Assembly: GCF_006345805.1 (NCBI RefSeq)
Contig: NC_043002.1
Span: forward strand, 89,652,001 to 89,716,000
Origin: Octopus sinensis
Lineage: Eukaryota
Direction: 5' to 3'
Length of the DNA stretch: 64,000 nt
Below, piece after piece: positions 38,668 through 50,099 of this stretch (position 1 is the stretch's first letter; each line of letters begins with the position of its first letter). The notes under the pieces were generated by a model. The model was not told where the DNA came from. It saw only the letters and a program-made list of their open reading frames with translations, and ran no database searches. The position numbers and the translations under genes were made by a program.

Positions 38668-39204
38668 ATTCCCAGACCGATTCCCAGTCGTGAGTGTTTA
38701 TTGAGCGAAAACACCTAAAGCTCCATGAGGCTCCGGTGGGGGTGGTGGCGAACCCTGCTGTACTCTTTCACCACAACTTTCTCTCACTCTTTCTTTCTGT
38801 TTCTGCTGTACCTGTATTTCAAAGAGCCAGCCTTGTCACACTCCGTGTCACGCTGAATCTCCCCGAGAATTACGTTAAGGGTACACGTCTCTGTGGAGTG
38901 CTCAGCCACTTGCACGTTAATCTCACGAGCAGGCTGTGATCAACTGGAACCCTCGTCGTAACCGACGGAGTGCCAACAATAACTAAATCAAGTAGATTGA
39001 TTTGAATATTAGACACCTTTTCGATTTGTTCTCAATCGTTCCTTCTTTTACTCCCCATGGTAAAGTTATCTGATAAACGAGACAGATGTTTACGTCTGTC
39101 TCCTGTATCTAGTAAATTTAACTAGTTTCTTTCGTTAATTTACGAAGGCAGTGATGTCTAAGATCTTTGGATTTACCTTATATAGCCTTGTGCCTATAGT
39201 AGAA

Positions 39205-39412
39205 AGGCTAGCAGAATCGTCAGCACGTCGGGCATAATGCTTAGCGGCATTTCGTCCGTCTTTACGTTATGAGTTCAAATTCCGCCGAGGTCGACTTTGC
39301 CTTTCATCCCTTCGGGGTCGATAAAATTAGCACCAGTTACGCACTGGGGGTAGATGTAATCGACTTAATCTCTTCCCCCGAATTTGAGGCCTAGTGCTTC
39401 CAGTAGAAAGGA
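39205..39412 (+). mobile_element. SINE (Deu/Nin-like core)
   Basis: cagaatcgtcagcacgtcgggc..gccgaggtcgactttgcctttcatcc..cagtagaaagga + (ATA)n. Confidence 0.85.
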
Positions 39413-39450
39413 TAATAATAAAAATAATAATAATAATAATTATTATTATT

Positions 39451-40343
39451 AAATTTTCGTTCACTGAGTTCCCAGTCTTGCTTGCTCCGATTAATTCTGC
39501 GAGAGCGGACAGCAACCTGTTGTCAAAGGTCTCACGGGGTCTCTTTCCACGAGTTATAAGACTTGGTACGTAGGTGTTAAGTATCGTGGAAGGTACTCTT
39601 CAACCAAGTACCAATCTCAAAAGCCTCAAAATCCTCGCTCTCTAATAATAGGAAAGTTTTTTGAGCATGTTCTCCCCTCATGTCAATTCTAATTTCTCCG
39701 ACATACTTCTCAGACTTGGCTGTTAGTGCTCCGAGTGCCCCTAAAACTAATTGGGGTAAAACTTACTGTCTTCATTGCCCACAATTTTGCAATTTCGTCT
39801 TTCAGTAATTTTGCATTTTCCCACCTTTTCCAGCTCATTGTCACCTACGCTTGTGTTCCCAGATAAGACAATATCTATAATCTTAGTTTTCTTCTTAATT
39901 TTTCCCCCAATACAATAATGTCTGGTCTCCGAGCATCAATTAGTGAGTCATAATGGATTGTAAAATCCGATAAGATCTTATATTCATTACTCTTAGTGAC
40001 GCCTTCTGGTTTATTTTCGTACCATTTCCATGTTCTTCCAAGATTACTTCTTCACACAATTTCCAGCGAAAAACATTATCCACATTATCGTGCCTCCTTT
40101 TCAGCCTGTTTTCTACACTCATTCATAGCATGTGAAATTGTTTCGTTTTTGCTGCTACACACCCTACAAAGGAGCGATTCACTGCTCTTATCTATTTGGA
40201 ACTTGGTGTATTTAGTTTTCAGTGCTTGTTCCTGGGCGCTGCGTGTCAATGCCTCAGAGGATCCTTTCAGATCACCTTAGCCACTTCCTGGTGTTGATCT
40301 TGTCTTTCCCTTCGGCTTTTCTGAGGTATTGCCCATGCATTGT
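39451..40343 (-). mobile_element. 3' fragment of an R4/Dong-type RLE LINE
   Basis: MHGQYLR..AQEQALKT..CRVCSSKNETISHAMNEC (CX2CX8HX4C), KRRHDNV, RRPDIIV..IIDI (PD-(D/E)xK nuclease), LGALGA; both ends abut (AAT)n. Confidence 0.85.
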
Positions 40344-40594
40344 TTTCATTATTATTATTATTATTATTATTATTCAATAGTTTTATTTTTATAGCGTGCT
40401 TTCACTTCACTACCGAGCGCAGCTCTGTGTGCCTTAGGTATGTGATTTGTTGTGATGCTCTGATGGTTATTGTATGGAAAGTGTTCTGCGTAGGATTATT
40501 ATTATTATTATTCTTATTATTATCATTATTATTGTTATTATTATTATTGTTGTTATTGTTGTTATTATTATTGTTGTTGTTGTTGTTGTTGTTG

Positions 40595-40644
<50 letters not shown>

Positions 40645-41162
40645 GACTTAGAGAGCAGTGCATGCCATCGAAGTGACACTGGTGCAAAATATACGAAACC
40701 CATTATACCCATCATGACTACCCGTCTGATAAGGGCACATGCATCACAACCATATGTTCACGACATGGTGGTCTCATATCAAGATAAACAGCGCATGAGC
40801 TTGCAAGTGGCGCCCATTTAGAATTTTCTTCAGCTCGAGTAGCCCTTCCCGCTCAAAAGTTCCTTCATGAAGGGTTGTTTAAGGCTGTTGATAGAAACAC
40901 CCATGTTTTCAGAAGTGAATTATTCAAACTCCAAAAGAATTCCTCTCAGCACATGGCTAATGATATCCACCCCCCAACTACTTCTGCTCGTGATCAGAAA
41001 TGCGCATATCGTCAGCCATTAAGGAACATGCTCAACTGGTTATGGTCAAACAACTGACAAGCAAATTTGTGGTATTGAGTAGAATATTTGCTGTAGCCCA
41101 TTTTTTTTTACCAAGACAAAACATGTACATAACACTTCCAATTAGTTAAGATGATGATGATG

Positions 41163-41207
<45 letters not shown>

Positions 41208-41231
41208 GTTATTATTATTATTATTATTATC

Positions 41232-41625
41232 AAGGCGGCGAGCTGGTAGAAACGTTAGCACCCCGGGTGAAATGCGTAGCCGTATTTCGTCTGCCGTTAC
41301 GTTCTGAGTTCAAATTCCGCCGAGGTCGACTTTGCCTTTCATCCTTTCGGGGTCGATAAATTAAGTACCAGTTACGCACTGGGGTCGATGTAATCGACTT
41401 AATCCGTTCATCTGTCCTTGTTTGTCCCCTCTGTGTTTAGCCCCTTGTGGGTAGTAAAGAAATAGGTATTTCGTCTGCCGTTACGTTCTGAGTTCAAATT
41501 CCGCCGAGGTTGACTTTGCCTTTCATTCTTTCGAGGTCGATAAATTAAGTACCGGTTGAGTTCTGGTGTCGATGTAATAGACTATCCCCTCCCCCAAATT
41601 TCAGGCCTTGTGCCTATAGTAGAAA
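41232..41625 (+). mobile_element. SINE with internal tandem second unit
   Basis: Head at 41232; junction aaagaaatag|gtatttcgtctgccg at 41465/41466. Confidence 0.85.
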
Positions 41626-41627
41626 GA

Positions 41628-41659
<32 letters not shown>

Positions 41660-41666
41660 CATTATC

Positions 41667-41743
<77 letters not shown>

Positions 41744-42184
41744 CTCTATTAATAACTAGATGGTTATATATTGATTGTTTCATATATTTATAGTAAATAA
41801 TCGTAGTCTCAAAGGTTGAAAAAAAATCAGCAAATATTGCAAAATATATTAATCAAAATAATTTTTTAAAAATTGAATGTGATTCGATAACATATTTAGA
41901 TTTAATGTTCCGAAAATCTGTTTTACTGAACAACCAAACGCAAATATCGAAATAAATAAAAAACGAATGAAGAAGCACAAATATTGATCTTATTGAAATA
42001 TGTTAAATAAACAAATATAAAAATAACATGGATAAAAGCAAACAAATGTAGATTAAGATAATTGCGATTTTAATTTGTGTGAAACGTCGCAAAAATTTGG
42101 GACTTGTAATTAATAATTGGTTGGTTAAGTAATTAATTAAATTCTTTATTCCCATAATATATATTGTCAACATACTAAATTATA

Positions 42185-42299
<115 letters not shown>

Positions 42300-42340
42300 G
42301 TGTGTGTGTGTGTGTTATATATATATATGTTGTGTGTGTG

Positions 42341-42385
<45 letters not shown>

Positions 42386-42442
42386 GCGTGTGTGTGTGTG
42401 TATATGTATATATATATGTGTGTGTGTATATATAAATGTATA

Positions 42443-42512
<70 letters not shown>

Positions 42513-42661
42513 CAAAAAGCAATAAAGATTCAAGTTAATTTAAATGAATTTACTTGAATATGGTACCTAACTTAGATGCACCAAAAAAAACTATACTGTT
42601 TTAACAATACAGTAATGTGGGGTGATTATAAGCGAGAAAGAAGCAACAAGAATGGATAGGT

Positions 42662-42752
42662 TTTTAGTACAATCGTTTCATACAAGGACAGGCTTTATTA
42701 AAAGTTGCAAAAATTACACCATATAAACGTGTCCCGTACTCATCAGCTAAAA
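42662..42752 (-). ncRNA. Type I hammerhead ribozyme (predicted cleavage after GUA, between 42668 and 42667)
   Basis: Minus strand: stem I ttttag/ctaaaa; CUGAUGA; stem II gtacgggaca...tgtccttgtat; GAAA; short stem III C-gatt-G; GUA triplet. Confidence 0.8.
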
Positions 42753-44218
42753 TACATGTGAGTTCTCTAGACATCCTAGTGGTTGAGGCTATACTCATGA
42801 AGTAATGTAGATAATTAAGTAACATAAACAGATTTCCAAAGTTCATTAAAGTTCTTTAAAGATGATGTACAGTCTTATCACAGAATTTTAAAAAAAGTTT
42901 TAATAGCATCACAGAGAAGGTGACCCAATCCATAGTGCACATATGAATTTCCAGAGATATGATGAGGGATTACATACTCACAGAAGACAAATTTATCCAT
43001 TGTTAATTACAACGAGGTGGGTCTCAATTCCTGCTTATTAGCATTACAGAGAGGGTGAATTAATCCTTTGTATAGATGCACAATTTCCAGTGGTGTAGAT
43101 GTAAATTTCCAGAGAAATGAAGAGGAATTTCATATTCACAGGCGATAAATTTATCAATGGTTGAACACAATGAGGTAGGTATCAATTCTTGTTATATGAT
43201 TAGGTATTTGCCACATTAATCACATTACTGCTATTTACAAGAGGCTGTAGCTATTTAACTTTTAAAGGCTGAAGGGCTTTCTAGAGAAGCAAAGAATAGA
43301 AAAGGGAAGGGAATAGAAGAAAAGAGAGAAAATAAAGGAGGAGGGAGCAAAAAGGGGGGGAAGGGGACTAAAAGAGAAGAGAAAAGGAAAAAGAGAATAA
43401 GAAGAAGAAAAAGAAAAAAGAAAAAAGAGAAACGAGAAAGAAATAGGGAAAGAAGGGAAAAAAGAAAAAGAAAAAAAGAGGGTTCTAGTTATACAGAAGA
43501 ATTAGTAGACGGCAAGTCTGGTTTTAATTTACAGGCATCTAGGAACTAGAGGAGAATATTATTCTTTGACCAGTAAAACAGCTAATTTATTGCTGTTGAA
43601 ATCAGCTATGAATTTAAAGAGAATCTAAAGAGATAACACAGTCAGGGGTTTAGGGGTCAGATGCTAAAATCAAAAGAAAATACATTAGGAAAATCTAAGT
43701 ATAATCTTATCAAAAAGTCATTAAAATTTACTTATTTAATTTATTCATTTTATTGTCTTAAGGAGTTGCCGTTATTATTCATACATTGACGGACTACAGG
43801 TCAAATCTTAGAAGATCATTTACAAGGTGTTAGGGGATTGTCTATCATAATGAAGATAATCATATTATCACCGAGGGGGTAGCCTTATTTATTTAATTTT
43901 GAAATAGAATTATGGGGCTATAGTAACTCATTTTATTTTATTAGAGTTATGCTACTTAAATTAGATTAAGTTAGGAATTAAAATTAAAAATTACAATTAA
44001 GATTTAAAATTAAGAATTTAAAAATTATGAGTTTGAAATTAAATAAAGCCTCAATTAAGCAGCGTATAAGTACTATTCATTTCCCTGTTCTCAAAAAACT
44101 GATGCAGATATAAGGAAAAAGATAACTGTAGTGTGAGAACTCTTAGTTATCTACTTAAAGCAGTGCTATACTAGTAGAAATCAAGTTATATCTATCTATC
44201 TAGTTACGAATATTCTAA

Positions 44219-45797
44219 TCATTTAAAATATTTTAAAGTCTTCAATTTAGCGTGGACACAAACTTGACCTAGTTCGATATGGTTATTCAATAAGTTTCTA
44301 TGTTTTCTATGCTTTAGAATTTCATACGTCTCCATGGAGCATAGTTGGCAACCAACCCTACTATTTTTATACGGAATTGCTCTCCTAACTATTTCCCAAT
44401 TAAGGTTATAATTTTTATTATTATTTTTGAGTTCCCAGATTTTGTTTGAAAGTGTGGTGGTACCAGCTTTATGACGTAATTTAAAAGACGAGATGTGATT
44501 TCTAACTCTGGCTAGAAAATTAATTGTACATCCAATGTAAAGATATTTGTTATTCTCCGTGGATATGGTACATTTATAGATTACATTATTTTCCCCACAT
44601 AGACCAGGTGCCGGGCATTTTGATTTTATTCTACACTTACACACAGGAGGAACAACTTCAGGCTTTGGATTATTCTTGGGTAGATGTCTTAGGTTCCTAT
44701 TATTTTGGTTATCATTTCTATAGTTGGTGCTGATATCTAAAGTATTGCTATTATTTATTGATCCTTCAGCTTCATCATTTAGGTCTAAAGTCCTACCATG
44801 ATTTCTTATATTATTGGTAATGTTACTATTATTGTTAGTCTTTTTATCCGACTGCATATTGTTGTTATAAATATCACTGATATTTTCATTCTCCTTATTT
44901 TCTCCATTAGCCTTATATCTATTATTTCTATTATTAACATTATTACTTCTATTAATATCGGCATTGTTATTATTACTATTAATGTTAATGTTATTAGTCA
45001 TTCTGTGGTTACTAATTTCACCTATGTTTTGATAGTTACTATTGCTGTTTTTATTGTTGGTAGTATTATTATAATTGCTATTGGTATTCATGCTGATATT
45101 ATTATTTTTATTTCTATCTTTCCTGGCTAGTTTAATGTTTTTATTATTAATCTTAGCTATTAAAGTGGACATATTTGGGAGGGTTGAATAAGAAATCCTA
45201 ACTGTTTTCCTAGATATAATTCTATGATATCTATGAGAGATAGGGAAATTTTTTTCCAGAATTACTTTGAATTTGTTCTGTATATCCGATTGTATCGCAC
45301 AGTTGAAAGGAATATTCAGCCATAATATGTCTTTTTTATTAAATTTAGGGTTCGTAGAATTACTACTATTCATCTCACCGGAGTTATTGTATTTATTACC
45401 ATTATTTTTATTTTTATTTGTGTGCATCTTAGGTTTATCTACTTCAATATTATCCGAGTTACCTATGTTCTGGTCAATGCTTCTATTTGAATTGTTGGGC
45501 CTGTACGCTAGATTAGCGTTTACCATTAATTTAATTCTACTTTTATTTCGGGCTTGGTCTGTATTGCTGCTTACGTGATTACTGATAACTTCATTATTAG
45601 GAATACGTGAGTTCTCCTTATCAACGAATGTAATCTTTTGGTTGTATCCAGCCTTAGTTAACGCCTCATTATAATGCTCAGAATGGGAGTTAAATATATC
45701 CTTATTTGATGATAATTTTGAAATTCTTAATGAAATATTTCTTACTAAAGATTCTATTATATTTGGGGGATGATTTGATAATTTATTTACGTAATTC
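44219..45797 (-). CDS. PLE RT thumb, Asn-rich linkers and GIY-YIG endonuclease (5'-truncated; RT core missing)
   Basis: Frame is open from ~45797: YVNKLSNHPPNII..YNEALTKAGY; ILWLNIPFN..VRISYSTLPNM; CKCRIKSKCP..NVIYKC..LYIGCT..RVRNH..TLSNKIWELK..WEIV..CQLC..E..CVH. Cys-flanked EN layout as in Naiad PLEs. Confidence 0.88.
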
Positions 45798-45832
45798 CTA
45801 AAAACCTATCCATTCTTGTTGCTTCTTTCTCG

Positions 45833-45890
<58 letters not shown>

Positions 45891-45914
45891 CATTTTATAC
45901 ATACATACATATTA

Positions 45915-46310
45915 CTCACTTTTACTCTCTTTTATTTTGTTTCAGTCATTTGTCTGCGGCCATGCTGGAGCACCGCCTTTAGTCGAGCAAATCGACCCAA
46001 AGACTTATTCTTTGTAAGCCAATTACTTATTCTTTCGGTCTCTTTTGCCGAACCGCTAAGTTACGGGGAATTAAACACATCACCATCGGTTGTCAAGCGA
46101 TGTTGGGGGGACACACACATACATATACATATACACATATATATGACAGGCTTCTTTCAGTTTCTGTCTACCAGATCCACTCACAAGGCTTTGGTCGGCC
46201 TGAAGCTATAGTAGAAGACACTTGCCCAAGGTGCCATGCAGTGGGAATGAACCTGGAACCACGTGGTTGGTAAGCAAGCCACTTACCACACAGCCACTCC
46301 TGCGCCTATA
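45915..46310 (-). mobile_element. Full-length SINE (Meta-like)
   Basis: Reverse complement of the 31913-32313 family. Confidence 0.85.
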
Positions 46311-46447
46311 TATATTACATGTATGCATACAAACAAATACAAACAGATATACACATAGAACCATACACACACATCCACACACAAACACATACACATATGT
46401 GTGTATAAATGAGCATACATATGCATGTATATAAATGTACCTACGTA

Positions 46448-46549
<102 letters not shown>

Positions 46550-46679
46550 CATATACACATTCATTGTGTTGGTAATATATCTGTAAATAAAGAGTGTCAT
46601 TAATTATTGAGTTATCCAGTTATTAATTAACTCTATTTTTATGATACTTCCCACAAATCTAAATCACAGTCGTCTGAAT

Positions 46680-46710
<31 letters not shown>

Positions 46711-46735
46711 CACACACACAAACACACACACACAA

Positions 46736-46818
<83 letters not shown>

Positions 46819-46839
46819 CATACATGTATATATATGTAA

Positions 46840-47030
46840 ATTCAACAAAATTTAGATTCAGATGAATATGGTACTTAAGTTAAAGGCACCAGAATTTGGT
46901 ATGGTTTTATCCATATAAATCAAATGGGGTGATTATAATCAAAATAAGCAACAAGGATATCCAAGTGTAGTACAATCGTTTTATGCTACTTCATTTTATT
47001 AAACACTGCAAGTATTACATCAGTTTTAAA
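46840..47030 (-). mobile_element. Decayed PLE pLTR/tail related to 42510-42752
   Basis: Shares aatatggtac, ggggtgattataa, aagcaacaag and tagtacaatcgttt. Hammerhead core is mutated (CTGATGT, AAAAC). Confidence 0.6.
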
Positions 47031-47114
47031 ATGTCGAGCACGTACGCACAGACACGCACCCGCACGCATGCATGCATATATATATATATATATAAATGTA
47101 ATATGTGACAATTA

Positions 47115-47185
47115 TTCGGTGATAACACTCTGAGTTTCGGATGCCGGGGTGGAAATCCACGCCGCCATCTCTTCAGTTATCCGAC
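47115..47185 (-). ncRNA. Near-complete hammerhead fold with non-cleavable GUG triplet
   Basis: gataa-CTGAAGA-gatggcggcgtggatttccaccccggcatcc-GAAAC-tcaga-GTG-ttatc. Confidence 0.55.
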
Positions 47186-47699
47186 CATCGGAAAAAATGC
47201 TATGAAAATGACTGTTATACAAAGGGAAATTACTGTGTGATTGACCGTTATTAAAACTAAAGAGCTATTTGAATGACCGCTAAGTGAGGGGGGAGAGTAA
47301 ACGTAAGGGGGTAAAAAAGTTCATAGTGTTCGCGTAAGCGCGCATGTCCATACCTACACATTTACAGATAAATTCCTCTATTTACATAATATCGAGGTCT
47401 CTTTCATTCTTTTGTTGTCTTACCATTTTTATCAATATATATAAAGGGGTAAAGACCCCCTTCGGTCATGAATGACCATGGGATTGCACCTAGAAAGTTA
47501 CCCTCCTAGACACAAGTCCGGGCAAGGTTGTTTATGGAAGACCAGCAGTCGCCCATGCATACCAGCCTCCCCTCTCCACGCCACCAGTGTTATCCAAGGG
47601 AAAGACAAAGGTCGATACAGCTTGGCACCTGTGACGTCGCAACTCATCTCTACAGCTGAATGAACTGGAGCAACGTGAAATAAAGTGCCTTGCTCAAGA

Positions 47700-47726
47700 A
47701 CACATGTATATATATATATGTATATG

Positions 47727-47758
<32 letters not shown>

Positions 47759-47835
47759 TGTTTATGTATATGTATATATATATGTATATGTATATATATA
47801 TATGTATATGTATATATATATATGTATATGTATAT

Positions 47836-47885
<50 letters not shown>

Positions 47886-48065
47886 GTATATGTATATATA
47901 TATGTATATGTATATATATATATGTATATGTGTATATATATATATATATTATATATATATATTATATATATATATGTATATGTATATATATGTATATGTA
48001 TATATATATATATGTATATGTATATATATATATGTATATGTATATTATATATATATATATATATA

Positions 48066-48104
<39 letters not shown>

Positions 48105-48110
48105 CATATC
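47700..48110. repeat. (TA)n with periodic TATATG variants
   Basis: Directly visible. Confidence 0.95.
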
Positions 48111-48734
48111 ATAGACAGTGAAAAAGTACACTGGAGAATGTAATCCCTGATATACAAAAATATGGAATGGTCATAGCTGGGAGGCCTTTGATCGTAGGTC
48201 TATCAAGGCAGGTTTCAACGAAAGATGCACTTGAAAATCACTTATAACAAACGTAGAGAGAGAGAGAGAGAGAGAGAGAGTATGAGAATGAAACACTACG
48301 CAGTGACGTTACAAACTTTGCTGCGTCTTGATAATCTTCCTACTTTCCCTTCCTCTTCAGGTTTAAATCTTCATGTCTCTTTCACCCTCTTTCTCTAGCA
48401 TGTTTACTTTAACTGCCACTCTTACCCAATCTCTTCCTTCCTAGAATCTTTTGTCTTACTTTCTCATGTTGCTCATATTTTCTCTCTTTATCTCTTCATT
48501 GATCACCCTATTTCTGCCACTCTCAATCTCGTCCTCTCTCTCTCTCTCTCTCTGTATCTTTCTCTATTCACCATTCTCCGTACCAAAATAATTCCCGCAC
48601 CCACACCCACTATCATAACTACCACCTGCTTATTTTTCGTTTTGTTTGAGTTAGTTCCTTTAGCGCTACACAAAAGCAAGTTGTAACGGACTGTTGTATT
48701 AATATATAAATCATTAGCCTTATGTTTTAATATT

Positions 48735-49041
48735 GTGGAGGCGCAATGGCCTAGTGGTTAGGGCAGCGGAGTCGCGGTCGCAGGATCGCGGTTTCGATTC
48801 CCAGACCGGGCGTTGTGTGTGTTTCTTGAGCAAAAACACCTAAAAGCTCCACGAGGCTCCGGCAGGGGGTGGTGATCCCTGCTGTACTCTTTCACCACTC
48901 TTTCTCCCACTCTTTCTTCTGTTGGCCTGCTCGCTTAGCCAGCGGGGTAGCGCGTCATTCGAAGGCTAAAACAATGCGAATGCATTGTGACCAGCGATGT
49001 GTAACAACATCTGATATTCTGGTCGGTCACGTGATCACGTG
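48735..49041 (+). mobile_element. Full-length OR-like SINE
   Basis: tRNA-like head; 13-bp TSD ATGTTTTAATATT. Confidence 0.9.
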
Positions 49042-50099
49042 ATGTTTTAATATTACCGAGTATTACAACTGGTCAGTTTGTTGCTAACAATTCATTCATT
49101 TTCATTGTGAAAATCCTCCGTTATTTCATCAATATCATTCCTTTCTTTCACCTCACAGTTGTCTTAAGCCTTAAGCTTTTCTATATCTTCCGCATGCAGA
49201 GAAAAGCATGCGAGTCTTTAGGAACAACGACGTCCATTTATTCTACTTGTCACTTTATATTGTCTTACCATCGGAAACTATTTTTTGTCAATTTTACTGT
49301 TATATATCATCGTTACTATACTCCTGAGCTGCTATTACGGTGTATTTAACCCCTCTTTTTAAGTTCCATCTATTTCCAGTCGTTTGAATTAGCTTGCCTT
49401 CAACATTCTGTCTGAGATGTATTTTTTTCAATCAACGTTTTTCTAAAAAATTATTTTCATTCAATCTTTTCAATTACCGAGATTTTCTTTTTATTTCCCA
49501 CTTTTTCTCTTTTTTCCATGATCTATTAATTCTATGCTCCGAAGTCCTTCCCACTTTATTCTATAACTTCAGGTCATATATCTTATAACCGCTCTATTAT
49601 TATTCTCTTTATGTTTTCCTTTATATTTTGTACTCTGTGGCCAACTTAACACTCCCTCCTCTTCTGTCTTCTCCCTCTCTCTCCTCTGTGTTTTTCTCGC
49701 CATAAGTTTTTTGCAGTAAATGGTAAATTGGCAGAACAATGAGCACAAAATGATTTACAGCCTGAATTTAAATCTTCCTCAACCAGAGTCCATTTAACTC
49801 TTCATTCTTTTGGTTTTGATAAAATACATTTCGGCCATGTGAGGAGAGTCTATTAAATTAGTTGCATTTTTCCACCACATTTGTGTTCATGTGCCTTGGG
49901 AAGATACGGAGTGGCCGAATCGGCACCAAGGCCGATCGGTACTTAGTTCCACCTACTTATGCTCTAAGTTCAATTCTCGCTGAATTCGACTTCGTCTTTC
50001 ATCTTTTTGGGTCGATAAAATACTCCGATAGAATGGGATATTTCGAATGGAGAACAAGTTGAAGAATTTATAAGAAATTGTGGAATAAACATCCATAAC

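Larger units (their letters stand above)
42510..45838 (-). mobile_element. 5'-truncated Penelope-like element (Naiad-type) flanked by (TA)n arrays
   Basis: RT thumb plus GIY-YIG ORF, long 3' region, hammerhead, and a 41-bp inverted tail copy at the 5' junction. Confidence 0.85.

Noticed and set aside
44200-44221. Terminal TGA of the Naiad-type ORF as a selenocysteine codon (some Naiads encode selenoproteins)
   Set aside because: It falls where the EN domain normally ends and is followed by a TAA five codons later. I found no convincing SECIS by eye, and the RT core is absent.
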